DNA from: Candidatus Eiseniibacteriota bacterium
GTDB lineage: Bacteria > Eisenbacteria > RBG-16-71-46 > DASYSL01
Assembly: GCA_031431875.1 (NCBI GenBank)
Contig: JANPEF010000162.1
Span: forward strand, 1-20,900
Length of the DNA stretch: 20,900 nt
Direction of reading: 5' to 3'
Numbering within the stretch: position 1 is the stretch's first letter; the number at the start of each line of letters is the position of its first letter. This document shows, in pieces, positions 12,295 to 19,561 of this stretch. The translations under genes were made by a program, and so were the position numbers. The notes under the pieces were generated by a model, which saw only the letters and a program-made list of their open reading frames with translations, had not been told where the DNA came from and did not search any database.

Positions 12295-14726
12295 TCCATC
12301 AACACGAGCTTGCCGGTGAGCCGCGTCGTCCCGGCCTCGACGCGCGCGAAGTACACGCCGTCCGACACCCGCCCGCCCGCGTCGTCGCAACCGTCCCAGC
12401 TGACCAGGTGCCGACCCGGGGTGAACGACCGCTCCCCGAGATCCCGCACGACCCGACCCCGCACGTCGTGGATGCGGGCGCGCACCTGCGTCGTACCCGG
12501 CACTTCGAACGCGATGTTCACGTCGCCGCGGGACGGGTTCGGTCCCACGCCGAGGAACGTGATCGTCGACTCGTTGTGCGGGAGCGGTGGCGGCTGGCGA
12601 TCCGCGCGATTCCAGTCGATCGCCCAGGCGTCGTTCAGGGGGCGCCCCCTATAATTTCCCGAACTCGCGGTGCCGCCGAGAATGATCCCGCGATCGTGCA
12701 CGGAGTCGTAGCCGGCGAAGGCATCCGTCCGATCGTCCGGCCCGAAGCCCTGCGGAACCTCGGAGCCCCAACGTGGCGTGACCCCGAACTCGAGCGTCGC
12801 CGTATCGAAGCGACTGCCGTTGGCATCGAGGCCCCAGAGGATCATCATCCGGTCGCCCACCGGATCGTAGAGTGCGGCGTGCCGGTAGCGAGCCGGCGGG
12901 GCCGACCCGACGGTGGAGAGCGGGACCCACGCGTCGCCGTCGCCGAACGACAGCGACCACACGTCGTTCAGCGGGTACGACTGTTCGCTGGAGGGCCCGG
13001 CGGCGCCGCCGAAGACCACCATCGCATCCCGCCTCGAGTCGTAGACCGCCGTGTGCCCCCAGCGCGGCGCCGGGGGGACCCCACGGATGGCGACCAGGGC
13101 CCAGTGGGGGTTCGCCACGGTCAGGTCGAGCTGCCAGACGTCGTTCATCGCCCGGCCGGCAAATCCTCCGAAGAGAACCATGCGCCGACGCACCGGATCA
13201 TGCACGGCCGTCGCATGGATACGGGCCGACGGCGCGGGCCCGTCGACGACGACCCGCATCCAGTTGGTCATCGGGTCCCCAATCCTCCCCTGCCACAGGT
13301 CGCCATACTCGACCCCCTCGTCCCCGCCCCCGAACGCGAGCATGCGATCGAGTTCCGGATCGAAGATCCCGACCGCGCCGACCCGACGCCTTCCGTCCGG
13401 CACGTCGCGGCGCTGATAGCTCCACCCCGGTTCGGCCTCGAGACGGAAGGTGTAGGTCCCTTGCGCGCTGAACGCGGACCACGTGTGCACCTGTCCCCGG
13501 CCGGCGTCGAGCGCGCGTGGCGAGGTGGTCTCGAACACGTTCGGATTCATCGAGTCGTACTCCCGTGTCCATGTCGCCGCGGGCGAGCCCAGGGCAAGCG
13601 ACCAGACATCGACGTGGCCCGATGAGTACGTGGGCTGCTCGGGGCGCACGCCGGTGGTCCCGACGTAGACGATTGTGTTTCGTGCGGCGTCGAACGCGAC
13701 CTGCACGCCGCCGTTCAGGCTCGGCAACAACGGCCCGGAGACGGGCTCCCGACCCCAGAAGCCCCCGGCCTGCGTGTCGAGGACGGTGAGATAGGTGGAG
13801 TCGACGGGCTCGTAGTTCTGGCCCGGCCGCAGCATCCGGATCTTCTGGTCGGCGAGCGTGAGCGCGGGAGGCTCGAAGTAGCCGGTGTGCAGGGTCTCGG
13901 CCGGCGCCAGCTCGGTCCACCGGCGGTCGCCACCGAGGTCGATCTTCCACGCGCGCGCGCCTTCTGCGTACGTCTCGAGGACCGTGTCCCCGCCGATCAC
14001 GAACAACCGGTTCGCGATCGGGTCGTAGCACGCCGAGCCCCCCACGCGCGGGGCGAGGTCCCCGCCGACCGGTTGGATCCGGTTCCAGGTCGGCGTGGGC
14101 CCGAGTTGCAGCTCCCAGAGATCCCCGTACTTCTCGTCCGTGTCGAAATCCAGGCCGCCGACCAGGAACATCCGGCTCGCCAAAGGATCGATGGCGATCG
14201 CCGCGTCCCTTCGGACCCTCGGGGGGGGGCCCTCGGGAGAGACCTCGGTCCAGGTCGGGTTGGCATCGGTCGAGACCCGGACCAGTCGGGTCTCCGGGTC
14301 GACGACCCCGGTGTCGGAGTACGTCCACCGCGGGACGAGCGAGACGAACTGGCGTCCCACCGGATCGAAGGAGAAGTTCTCGTAGCCGGACAGATTCTGC
14401 GGCGTCGTGACCCGCCGCGTCTCCCACGTGCCGGTGCCCAGGCGATCGAACGTCCAGATCACGAAACGATCCAACTCCCGCGCGAGCGTGACGAGGCGGC
14501 CCGTCGCGGGCTCGATGCCCAGGGCCCCACGGCTGGGCTCGGTCGGCGGCGGGAGGCGACGCCAGGCACCACCGGCGGTCCCGACCTGGGCGCCGAGCGG
14601 CGACGCCGCGAGCATCGGGAGCGCGCACACCATCGCGGCGAGGACAAACGCCCCCGCCGCGCCTCGAACCCCGGCGGCGCGCCTCCCGGCGACCAGGCGC
14701 CGGCACCTCAGTAATAGAAGTGCCAC
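12291..14726 (-). CDS. Secreted Kelch-repeat beta-propeller protein with C-terminal FlgD-Ig/T9SS-type-A-like domain (start uncertain; alternative ATG at 14633)
   Basis: Signal-peptide-like N-terminus, repeated PxxRxxHxAVYDxxRxRMxxFGG Kelch units, C-terminal PNPSRG...IHDVRGRVVR...WDG.D..G.RVSDGVYF. Confidence 0.85.
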   Translation of the reverse strand: MALLLLRCRRLVAGRRAAGVRGAAGAFVLAAMVCALPMLAASPLGAQVGTAGGAWRRLPPPTEPSRGALGIEPATGRLVTLARELDRFVIWTFDRLGTGTWETRRVTTPQNLSGYENFSFDPVGRQFVSLVPRWTYSDTGVVDPETRLVRVSTDANPTWTEVSPEGPPPRVRRDAAIAIDPLASRMFLVGGLDFDTDEKYGDLWELQLGPTPTWNRIQPVGGDLAPRVGGSACYDPIANRLFVIGGDTVLETYAEGARAWKIDLGGDRRWTELAPAETLHTGYFEPPALTLADQKIRMLRPGQNYEPVDSTYLTVLDTQAGGFWGREPVSGPLLPSLNGGVQVAFDAARNTIVYVGTTGVRPEQPTYSSGHVDVWSLALGSPAATWTREYDSMNPNVFETTSPRALDAGRGQVHTWSAFSAQGTYTFRLEAEPGWSYQRRDVPDGRRRVGAVGIFDPELDRMLAFGGGDEGVEYGDLWQGRIGDPMTNWMRVVVDGPAPSARIHATAVHDPVRRRMVLFGGFAGRAMNDVWQLDLTVANPHWALVAIRGVPPAPRWGHTAVYDSRRDAMVVFGGAAGPSSEQSYPLNDVWSLSFGDGDAWVPLSTVGSAPPARYRHAALYDPVGDRMMILWGLDANGSRFDTATLEFGVTPRWGSEVPQGFGPDDRTDAFAGYDSVHDRGIILGGTASSGNYRGRPLNDAWAIDWNRADRQPPPLPHNESTITFLGVGPNPSRGDVNIAFEVPGTTQVRARIHDVRGRVVRDLGERSFTPGRHLVSWDGCDDAGGRVSDGVYFARVEAGTTRLTGKLVLMD

Positions 14727-15850
14727 TGCAGCAATCCCTGGTTCTCGTCGGACGCGTTCTCCGGGACGACGCGGCGCAGCGACACCTTCATGTCGACGAA
14801 CGGCAGGAAGGTGAGGTCGCTCTCGACCGTGTAGCGCTCCTGGGCCAGGCCGGCCGTGTCCTGGTCCTGGTCGACGTAGTCGTACTTGGCGCGCACGAGG
14901 ACCGTGCGACTGACGCGGTAGTCGGCCCCGGCCCAGAAGCCGCGCGTGCGCCGCACCAGGCCGCCGTCGCTCTCGCTCTCGCCGACGCCGCCCTCGCCCA
15001 TCACCACGAGCGCAGGGGTGGCCGCGAAACCGGCCCAGGCCGAGGTGCGCCAGTCCGAGTCGCGCGTGGTCGAGCGGTAGTTGTGATAGCCCGAGGCGCC
15101 GGTCATGACGCGACCCGAGGTGTACGACGCGCGTGCCGTCAGCGCCTGCGCGTCCTGCGTGAACGCCTCCCCGCCGTTGGTGATCGCGGCGGTGAACAGC
15201 ACGGGGACGGCGGCGAACGGCGTGGCGCCGACCTCGAGGCCGCCCTCGACGTTGCGCGGGTCGTAGGGCAGGAAGCCGCTGGTGCCGAACGAGCCGGCCG
15301 GCGCGTCGCGGAACCCGGCGCGCATGGCGCCCGTGTGGTCGTCCATGCGCAGGCCGAATGGAACCCGGAACTGCCCGGCCTTGACGTACATCCCGGCGGG
15401 CAGGTCGTGCACCATGACCCAGGCGTCGCGGGTGGTGCGCAGGTCGCGGTTGTACTGGGCGGTGACGTTTGCCATCGGCGCGAAGACGGCGTAGAACGCG
15501 CCCTGCATCGGGAAGAACGTCGAGACCGCGGTCCCGCCCGACTCGACCTCGCTCACGTAGGTATACTGCTGGCGCAGGTTGGTGCCGAAGTACAGCGCGT
15601 CGCCGACCTTGTTCGACAGCAGGATGTCGGCCCAGCGCTCCTCAGGCGCCATGTCGTGGCGATTGCGCTCGTAGAGGAAGCCTATTTCGCGCCGCGCGCC
15701 CCCGCCCTGCGGATCGAAGTGGCAGGCGCTGCACGGCAGGCCCTGGCGGGTCGCGTAGAGCGGGAGCGCCCAGGCCGCGGGGACGGCAAGCAGCGTGGTC
15801 AGCAGAGAGAAGGCGGCGGCGAAGACCTTCACGGAGCGGCTGGGGCGCAT
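14708..15850 (-). CDS. Cyc2-like fused monoheme cytochrome c / outer-membrane porin
   Basis: GGAG RBS, signal peptide AWA|LP, mature N-terminus LPLYATRQGLPCSACH with a single CxxCH, then amphipathic strands ending in aromatic QWHFYY. Confidence 0.75.
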   Translation of the reverse strand: MRPSRSVKVFAAAFSLLTTLLAVPAAWALPLYATRQGLPCSACHFDPQGGGARREIGFLYERNRHDMAPEERWADILLSNKVGDALYFGTNLRQQYTYVSEVESGGTAVSTFFPMQGAFYAVFAPMANVTAQYNRDLRTTRDAWVMVHDLPAGMYVKAGQFRVPFGLRMDDHTGAMRAGFRDAPAGSFGTSGFLPYDPRNVEGGLEVGATPFAAVPVLFTAAITNGGEAFTQDAQALTARASYTSGRVMTGASGYHNYRSTTRDSDWRTSAWAGFAATPALVVMGEGGVGESESDGGLVRRTRGFWAGADYRVSRTVLVRAKYDYVDQDQDTAGLAQERYTVESDLTFLPFVDMKVSLRRVVPENASDENQGLLQWHFYY

Positions 15851-15916
15851 GGCGATTCTCCGGCTGTGCGATCACTCGGGGTGGCCATGGGAACGCCGGC
15901 GGACGCCGACCGGCGC

Positions 15917-15945
15917 ATTGTGCGCGCCACTGCGCCGACGGTCAA
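15917..15945 (-). promoter_or_regulatory. Putative sigma70 promoter of the cytochrome-porin gene
   Basis: Minus strand TTGACC (15945-15940), 17-bp spacer, CACAAT (15922-15917). Confidence 0.5.
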
Positions 15946-15973
15946 CCGATTGGTGGGATCGCTCGCGGTGCTC

Positions 15974-15982
15974 TGTTAGCAT
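15974..15982 (+). promoter_or_regulatory. Putative extended -10 promoter of cdaA
   Basis: TGtTAGCAT matches TGnTAnnnT about 60 nt upstream of the cdaA start. Confidence 0.35.
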
Positions 15983-16043
15983 GGATGCGTCGTCGCACGA
16001 TCTGATCGTCGGATCGTCGGCACGAACCCGGAGCGGCGCAGTC

Positions 16044-16901
16044 GTGACTCCCGTTCACTCCATCTGGCTCCTCGACGTCCTCGACATCCTGCTCGTGGCG
16101 GTGTTGTTCTATCGCCTGCTCGTCGGGGTCAAGGGCACGCGCTCGGCGCAGATGATCATCGGGCTGCTCGTGCTCGTGGTCGTCTCGGCCGTGGCGCGCT
16201 TCCTGGGCCTGATCGCCGTCGACTACATCGCCACCAACCTGCGCACCGTCTGGCTGATCACGTTCGTCATCCTGTTCCAGCCCGAGTTGCGCCACGCGCT
16301 GGCCCAGTTCGGCCGCACGCGGTGGTTCCGCTCGTTCCTGCGCGTCGACGAGTATGGCGTCCTGGGCGAGGTGGTCCGCGCCGCCGAGGCGTTGTCCCAG
16401 CGCCGCCACGGTGGGCTCATCGTGCTCGAGCGCAACGAGGGCCTGCGCAACTTCGTCGAGACCGGCACGCGGCTCGATGCCCGCGCCCGCAGCGAGCTGC
16501 TCGAGACGCTGTTCGCGCCGAACACGCCGCTGCACGACGGCGCCGTCATCGTGCGCGGCGACCAGATCGTCGCCGCGGGCTGCATCCTGCCCCTGTCGCA
16601 GAATCCGCGGATCACGCCGTCGCTGGGCACGCGCCATCGAGCGGCACTCGGCATCTCCGAGGAGACCGACGCGGTGGCCGTGTGCATCTCCGAGCACTCG
16701 GGCGCGATCTCGGTCGCATGGCGCGGCGTGCTGCTCGAGCGTCTGGACGAGGGCAAGCTGCGCAGCGAGCTGTCGCGCATCCTGCGCCTCTCCGGCGAGG
16801 AAGAGGCCGCCGCGGTCGAGGCCGCCGGCGCGACCACGGGCTCGACTACGGGCGGCACCACGAAGCCCGACGACACCGACGCCGGACGCGCCCGCGCGTG
16901 A
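16044..16901 (+). CDS. cdaA: Membrane diadenylate cyclase CdaA (c-di-AMP synthase)
   Basis: Three N-terminal TM helices, LFQPELR, catalytic LHDGA and GTRHRAA motifs, SEETDA. GGAG before GTG at 16044; alternative ATG at 15981. Confidence 0.95.
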   Translation: MTPVHSIWLLDVLDILLVAVLFYRLLVGVKGTRSAQMIIGLLVLVVVSAVARFLGLIAVDYIATNLRTVWLITFVILFQPELRHALAQFGRTRWFRSFLRVDEYGVLGEVVRAAEALSQRRHGGLIVLERNEGLRNFVETGTRLDARARSELLETLFAPNTPLHDGAVIVRGDQIVAAGCILPLSQNPRITPSLGTRHRAALGISEETDAVAVCISEHSGAISVAWRGVLLERLDEGKLRSELSRILRLSGEEEAAAVEAAGATTGSTTGGTTKPDDTDAGRARA

Positions 16902-17719
16902 CCGCGCTCGCGCGCCTGGCCCACCTGCTGCGCCTCCCCCGTTACGCGGTCCTTCCCGCCGTCGTCGCCGGCGCCAGCGCCGCCTACGACCCGGCGCTGC
17001 GTCCGCGCTTCGAACTGCTGCTCCTGCTCGGCGCGTTCCTCTTCGCGGTCGCCGGCGCCGAGGCGACGCTTGCCAAGCGCGTGCGTCCGGGCGAGGCGCC
17101 GCGGACGGGGAGTGGCGTGCCCGCGTGGATCACACTGCCGGTTGCGCTCGTTGCGGCGCTCCTGCTGGTCGCCGCGCGCGGTTGGCCGATGTTCTGGGTG
17201 TGCACCGCCGCGATCCTGCTGGCCTGCGCGTTCGCCGCCGGGCCGCGCCTGTCGGATACGCCGCTCGCCGGACCGATCACAATTCTATGGATGGGGCCGC
17301 TGGCCTCGGCGGGCGCGGCGCTGGCGCTGGTCGGGACCGTCGCCCCGGCGGCGCTGTGGATCGGCCTGCCAATCGGATTCCTCGCCGACGCCGCCCGGCG
17401 CGCCTGGATCGCGTCGGCGGCCGAGGCCAAGGGCGCGGGCGCGGCCGTCGAGGGTCCCGCAGCTCCGCCCTGGTTCGCGGCCGACTACGTCGCGGCGTTC
17501 GGGATGGTGCCCGTGCTGATCGTGGCGGGCGGCCTGCCGGAGGTGGCGCTGCTGGCGATGCTGGCGCTGCCGTGGACGCTGCGCGAGTTCGCGCGCATCC
17601 GCGCCGGCTATACGTGGCGCGATGCCGTCACCCGCACGCGCCTGATGCATGCCGCGTTCGCCCTGTTGCTGGCCGCGACGACTTTTGCAGCGCGCGTGTT
17701 CGCGACCAGGGCGGCGTAG
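16898..17719 (+). CDS. Polytopic membrane protein, divergent MenA/UbiA prenyltransferase-like, lacking Asp-rich motifs
   Basis: GTGA overlap with the cdaA stop, about 8-9 hydrophobic helices, MenA-like segment RGWPMFWV...AFAAGPRLSDTPL...MGPLASAG and LPIGFL. No NDxxDxxxD-type motif. Confidence 0.6.
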   Translation: MTALARLAHLLRLPRYAVLPAVVAGASAAYDPALRPRFELLLLLGAFLFAVAGAEATLAKRVRPGEAPRTGSGVPAWITLPVALVAALLLVAARGWPMFWVCTAAILLACAFAAGPRLSDTPLAGPITILWMGPLASAGAALALVGTVAPAALWIGLPIGFLADAARRAWIASAAEAKGAGAAVEGPAAPPWFAADYVAAFGMVPVLIVAGGLPEVALLAMLALPWTLREFARIRAGYTWRDAVTRTRLMHAAFALLLAATTFAARVFATRAA

Positions 17720-17725
17720 GGGGCC

Positions 17726-18019
17726 TCATGCCGGCCACGACGTCGGGTCCCGACTGCTGTGGAGACACGCAACGATCAGAATGACCTCACGATCGACCCG
17801 GAAGAAGAGGCCGAAAGGAAACCCACGAAGGAGTGCTCTGCGCAATCCACGATGGATCACGCGGAGTCGTCGCGGACGATCCATGATGCGCCGGACCTCC
17901 TCGACGACATCCTGCAAGAACCGAGTCCCCAGTCCGGCCTGACGGAGCTCATACCAGACAAAAGCAGCCTCGAGATCGACGGCTGCGTGTGGGCTGAACT
18001 CTACTCGGGGCGGGCTCGC
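17726..18019 (-). pseudogene. RelE/ParE family type II toxin lacking a canonical full-length start codon
   Basis: Frame reads SPPRVEFSPHAAVDLEAAFVWYELRQAGLGTRFL...RRALLRGFPFGLFFR...IVACLHSSRDPTSW. The expected start position (18019-18017) is GCG. First ATG/GTG/TTG is an internal TTG at 17917. Confidence 0.75.
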
Positions 18020-18231
18020 CGCCCCCGGATTCGTGCGATCGCGCCCTCCCAGGGCTCCCCCTTCGCCGGCGTGCGCGCGAGCTCATCGAGTCGACGATCG
18101 AGCTCATCCCGCTGCGGGGCCGTCAGGGGCAGGTCAATTGGATTGGACCGAAGGCTTTCCCAGAGACGCTCGATGAGTTCGAGACGCTGCTCGGTCGAAA
18201 GCGTTTCCGGATCAACTACGGGCTTTTCCAT
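18001..18231 (-). CDS. Addiction module antitoxin (TIGR02574-like)
   Basis: 76 aa LSTEQRLELIERLWESL...LTAPQRDELDRRL...GEPWE pattern, directly upstream of the ParE-like toxin. Confidence 0.88.
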   Translation of the reverse strand: MEKPVVDPETLSTEQRLELIERLWESLRSNPIDLPLTAPQRDELDRRLDELARTPAKGEPWEGAIARIRGRRARPE

Positions 18232-18237
18232 GAGCCA

Positions 18238-18266
18238 ATTCTCGTCTTCTGCCGATCCCGGATCAA
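18238..18266 (-). promoter_or_regulatory. Putative sigma70 promoter for a leaderless TA transcript
   Basis: TTGATC (18266-18261), 17-bp spacer, GAGAAT (18243-18238), 6 nt, ATG at 18231. No SD sequence. Confidence 0.5.
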
Positions 18267-18310
18267 GCCGAATCCAGCCGCCCATCGAAGTTCGGGATCG
18301 CGCATGAGGC

Positions 18311-18334
18311 TGGCCGGGCTCCGCGACCCGGCCA
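18311..18334 (-). terminator. GC-rich hairpin downstream of the small helical gene (possible terminator, no U tract)
   Basis: TGGCCGGG-N8-CCCGGCCA 8-bp stem 10 nt after the TAA stop at 18345. Confidence 0.35.
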
Positions 18335-18344
18335 TCGACCCCCG

Positions 18345-18683
18345 TTACGCCGGCACCGCCTCCCATCCGCGATCCTTCACCGCCAGGAGCTCGTTGCGCG
18401 CCAGCGTCGGCGGGCCCGCCGTCGCGTTCGCGACGTCATCGCGATCGCTCGCGTGGGCCAGTGACCACGACGCATCCTCGAGATAGCGTCGGGCGGGCGC
18501 ATCGCGCCCGAGCGCGGCCAGTCCCACGCCGATGATCAACGACAGGCGTCCGCAGAGGATCGAGTCGGCCGGGGGCTGGTACACGCGCAACGCACGTTCG
18601 GCCAGGATGAGCGCGCGGTACGGTTGACCGCCGTGCAGCAGGTGCCAGCAGTGGCGCACCAGTTCATCACCAAGAGTCGACAT
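18345..18683 (-). CDS. Hypothetical 112-aa helical (TPR-like) protein
   Basis: GGGAG RBS before ATG at 18683. Pattern GQPYRALILAERAL...LIIGVGLAALGRDAPARRYLEDA resembles two TPR-like helix pairs. Confidence 0.6.
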   Translation of the reverse strand: MSTLGDELVRHCWHLLHGGQPYRALILAERALRVYQPPADSILCGRLSLIIGVGLAALGRDAPARRYLEDASWSLAHASDRDDVANATAGPPTLARNELLAVKDRGWEAVPA

Positions 18684-18781
18684 GGGGGAATCTCCCGAGG
18701 GGGACATCCGTTGCATTGCCCCGCGCGCGGCCTGGGAGCGCGCCCACGCGGGGACGACGAGATCGGGGGCGGCGGAGGCGG

Positions 18782-18797
18782 TGCAAGTCGCGGGCCA
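18782..18797 (-). promoter_or_regulatory. Sigma54 (-24/-12) promoter
   Basis: Minus strand TGGCCCGCGACTTGCA fits TGGC-N7-TTGCA with exact GG-N10-GC spacing, about 100 nt upstream of ATG 18683. Confidence 0.65.
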
Positions 18798-18887
18798 GCG
18801 GGGTGCGGCGGCTGGCCGGTCGAGTTTCCGGCACAATTCGCACCCTGTCCGGTGTGCCTGCCGCCCTCACCGATGCCCCGCCGACAG

Positions 18888-18924
18888 CCACCGTCGATGG
18901 ATCGACGGTGGGGATCGACAGGGG
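18888..18924. promoter_or_regulatory. Perfect palindrome plus tandem half-site (probable regulator binding site)
   Basis: CCACCGTCGAT-GG-ATCGACGGTGG (18888-18911). GGATCGACGGTGG is repeated imperfectly as GGATCGACAGGGG (18912-18924). Confidence 0.55.
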
Positions 18925-18983
18925 TCCCGCCGTCGTGCTGTAATTTCGGTCCCCACCCCTCTCCTGTTCCCGGAGGTTGACCC

Positions 18984-19478
18984 TTGTCCACGTTCGAAGA
19001 CATCCTCAGGACCTCGCTGATCGGCGGCATCGAAGGCAACGGCGCGCACGCCGACGCGTCGAACACGCTCGACGGACTCGACTGGCAGCTCGCCGGTCGA
19101 AGACTTCCCGGCGCGCCGTACACGATCCAGCAGTGCGCCAACCACATCATCTTCTGGAACGGTTTCTCGCTCGCCGTGCTGCGCGGCGAAAACCCGACCG
19201 CGCCCGAGCACGACGTCGACAGCTGGCCGGGGCCCGACGCGCCCGCGAGTGCAGAGGACTGGGATGGTTTCGTGGGCGCCTTCAAGGGCAGCCTCGCCGC
19301 CTTGACGGCCCGGATCCAGGACGGCGAGCTCGACGGCATGACCCCCAGCGGACGCCGACTGCGCGCGGACGTCCTGCGCGCGATGGGCAACCACGTGAGC
19401 TACCACGTGGGCCAGATCGCGCTCTTGCGCCGCATGATGGGCGCCTGGCCGCCGCCGACCGGCGGCGACACCTGGTAG
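18984..19478 (+). CDS. DinB/YfiT family metal-binding four-helix-bundle protein
   Basis: GGAGG RBS before TTG. YTIQQCANHIIFW and NHVSYHVGQI supply the His triad; C-terminal WPPPTGGDTW. Confidence 0.88.
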   Translation: MSTFEDILRTSLIGGIEGNGAHADASNTLDGLDWQLAGRRLPGAPYTIQQCANHIIFWNGFSLAVLRGENPTAPEHDVDSWPGPDAPASAEDWDGFVGAFKGSLAALTARIQDGELDGMTPSGRRLRADVLRAMGNHVSYHVGQIALLRRMMGAWPPPTGGDTW

Positions 19479-19561
19479 ATCGATTCCCGGCGAACGAGTA
19501 GTCTTCTGCGTCCCCGCGGCGCCCCGGCCGCACAACCCCTCGATCGGAAGGAGCAGGCAGC

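Noticed and set aside
18684..18836. 51-aa N-terminal extension of the TPR-like gene
   Set aside because: It would span the sigma54 box; ATG 18683 has a clear RBS.
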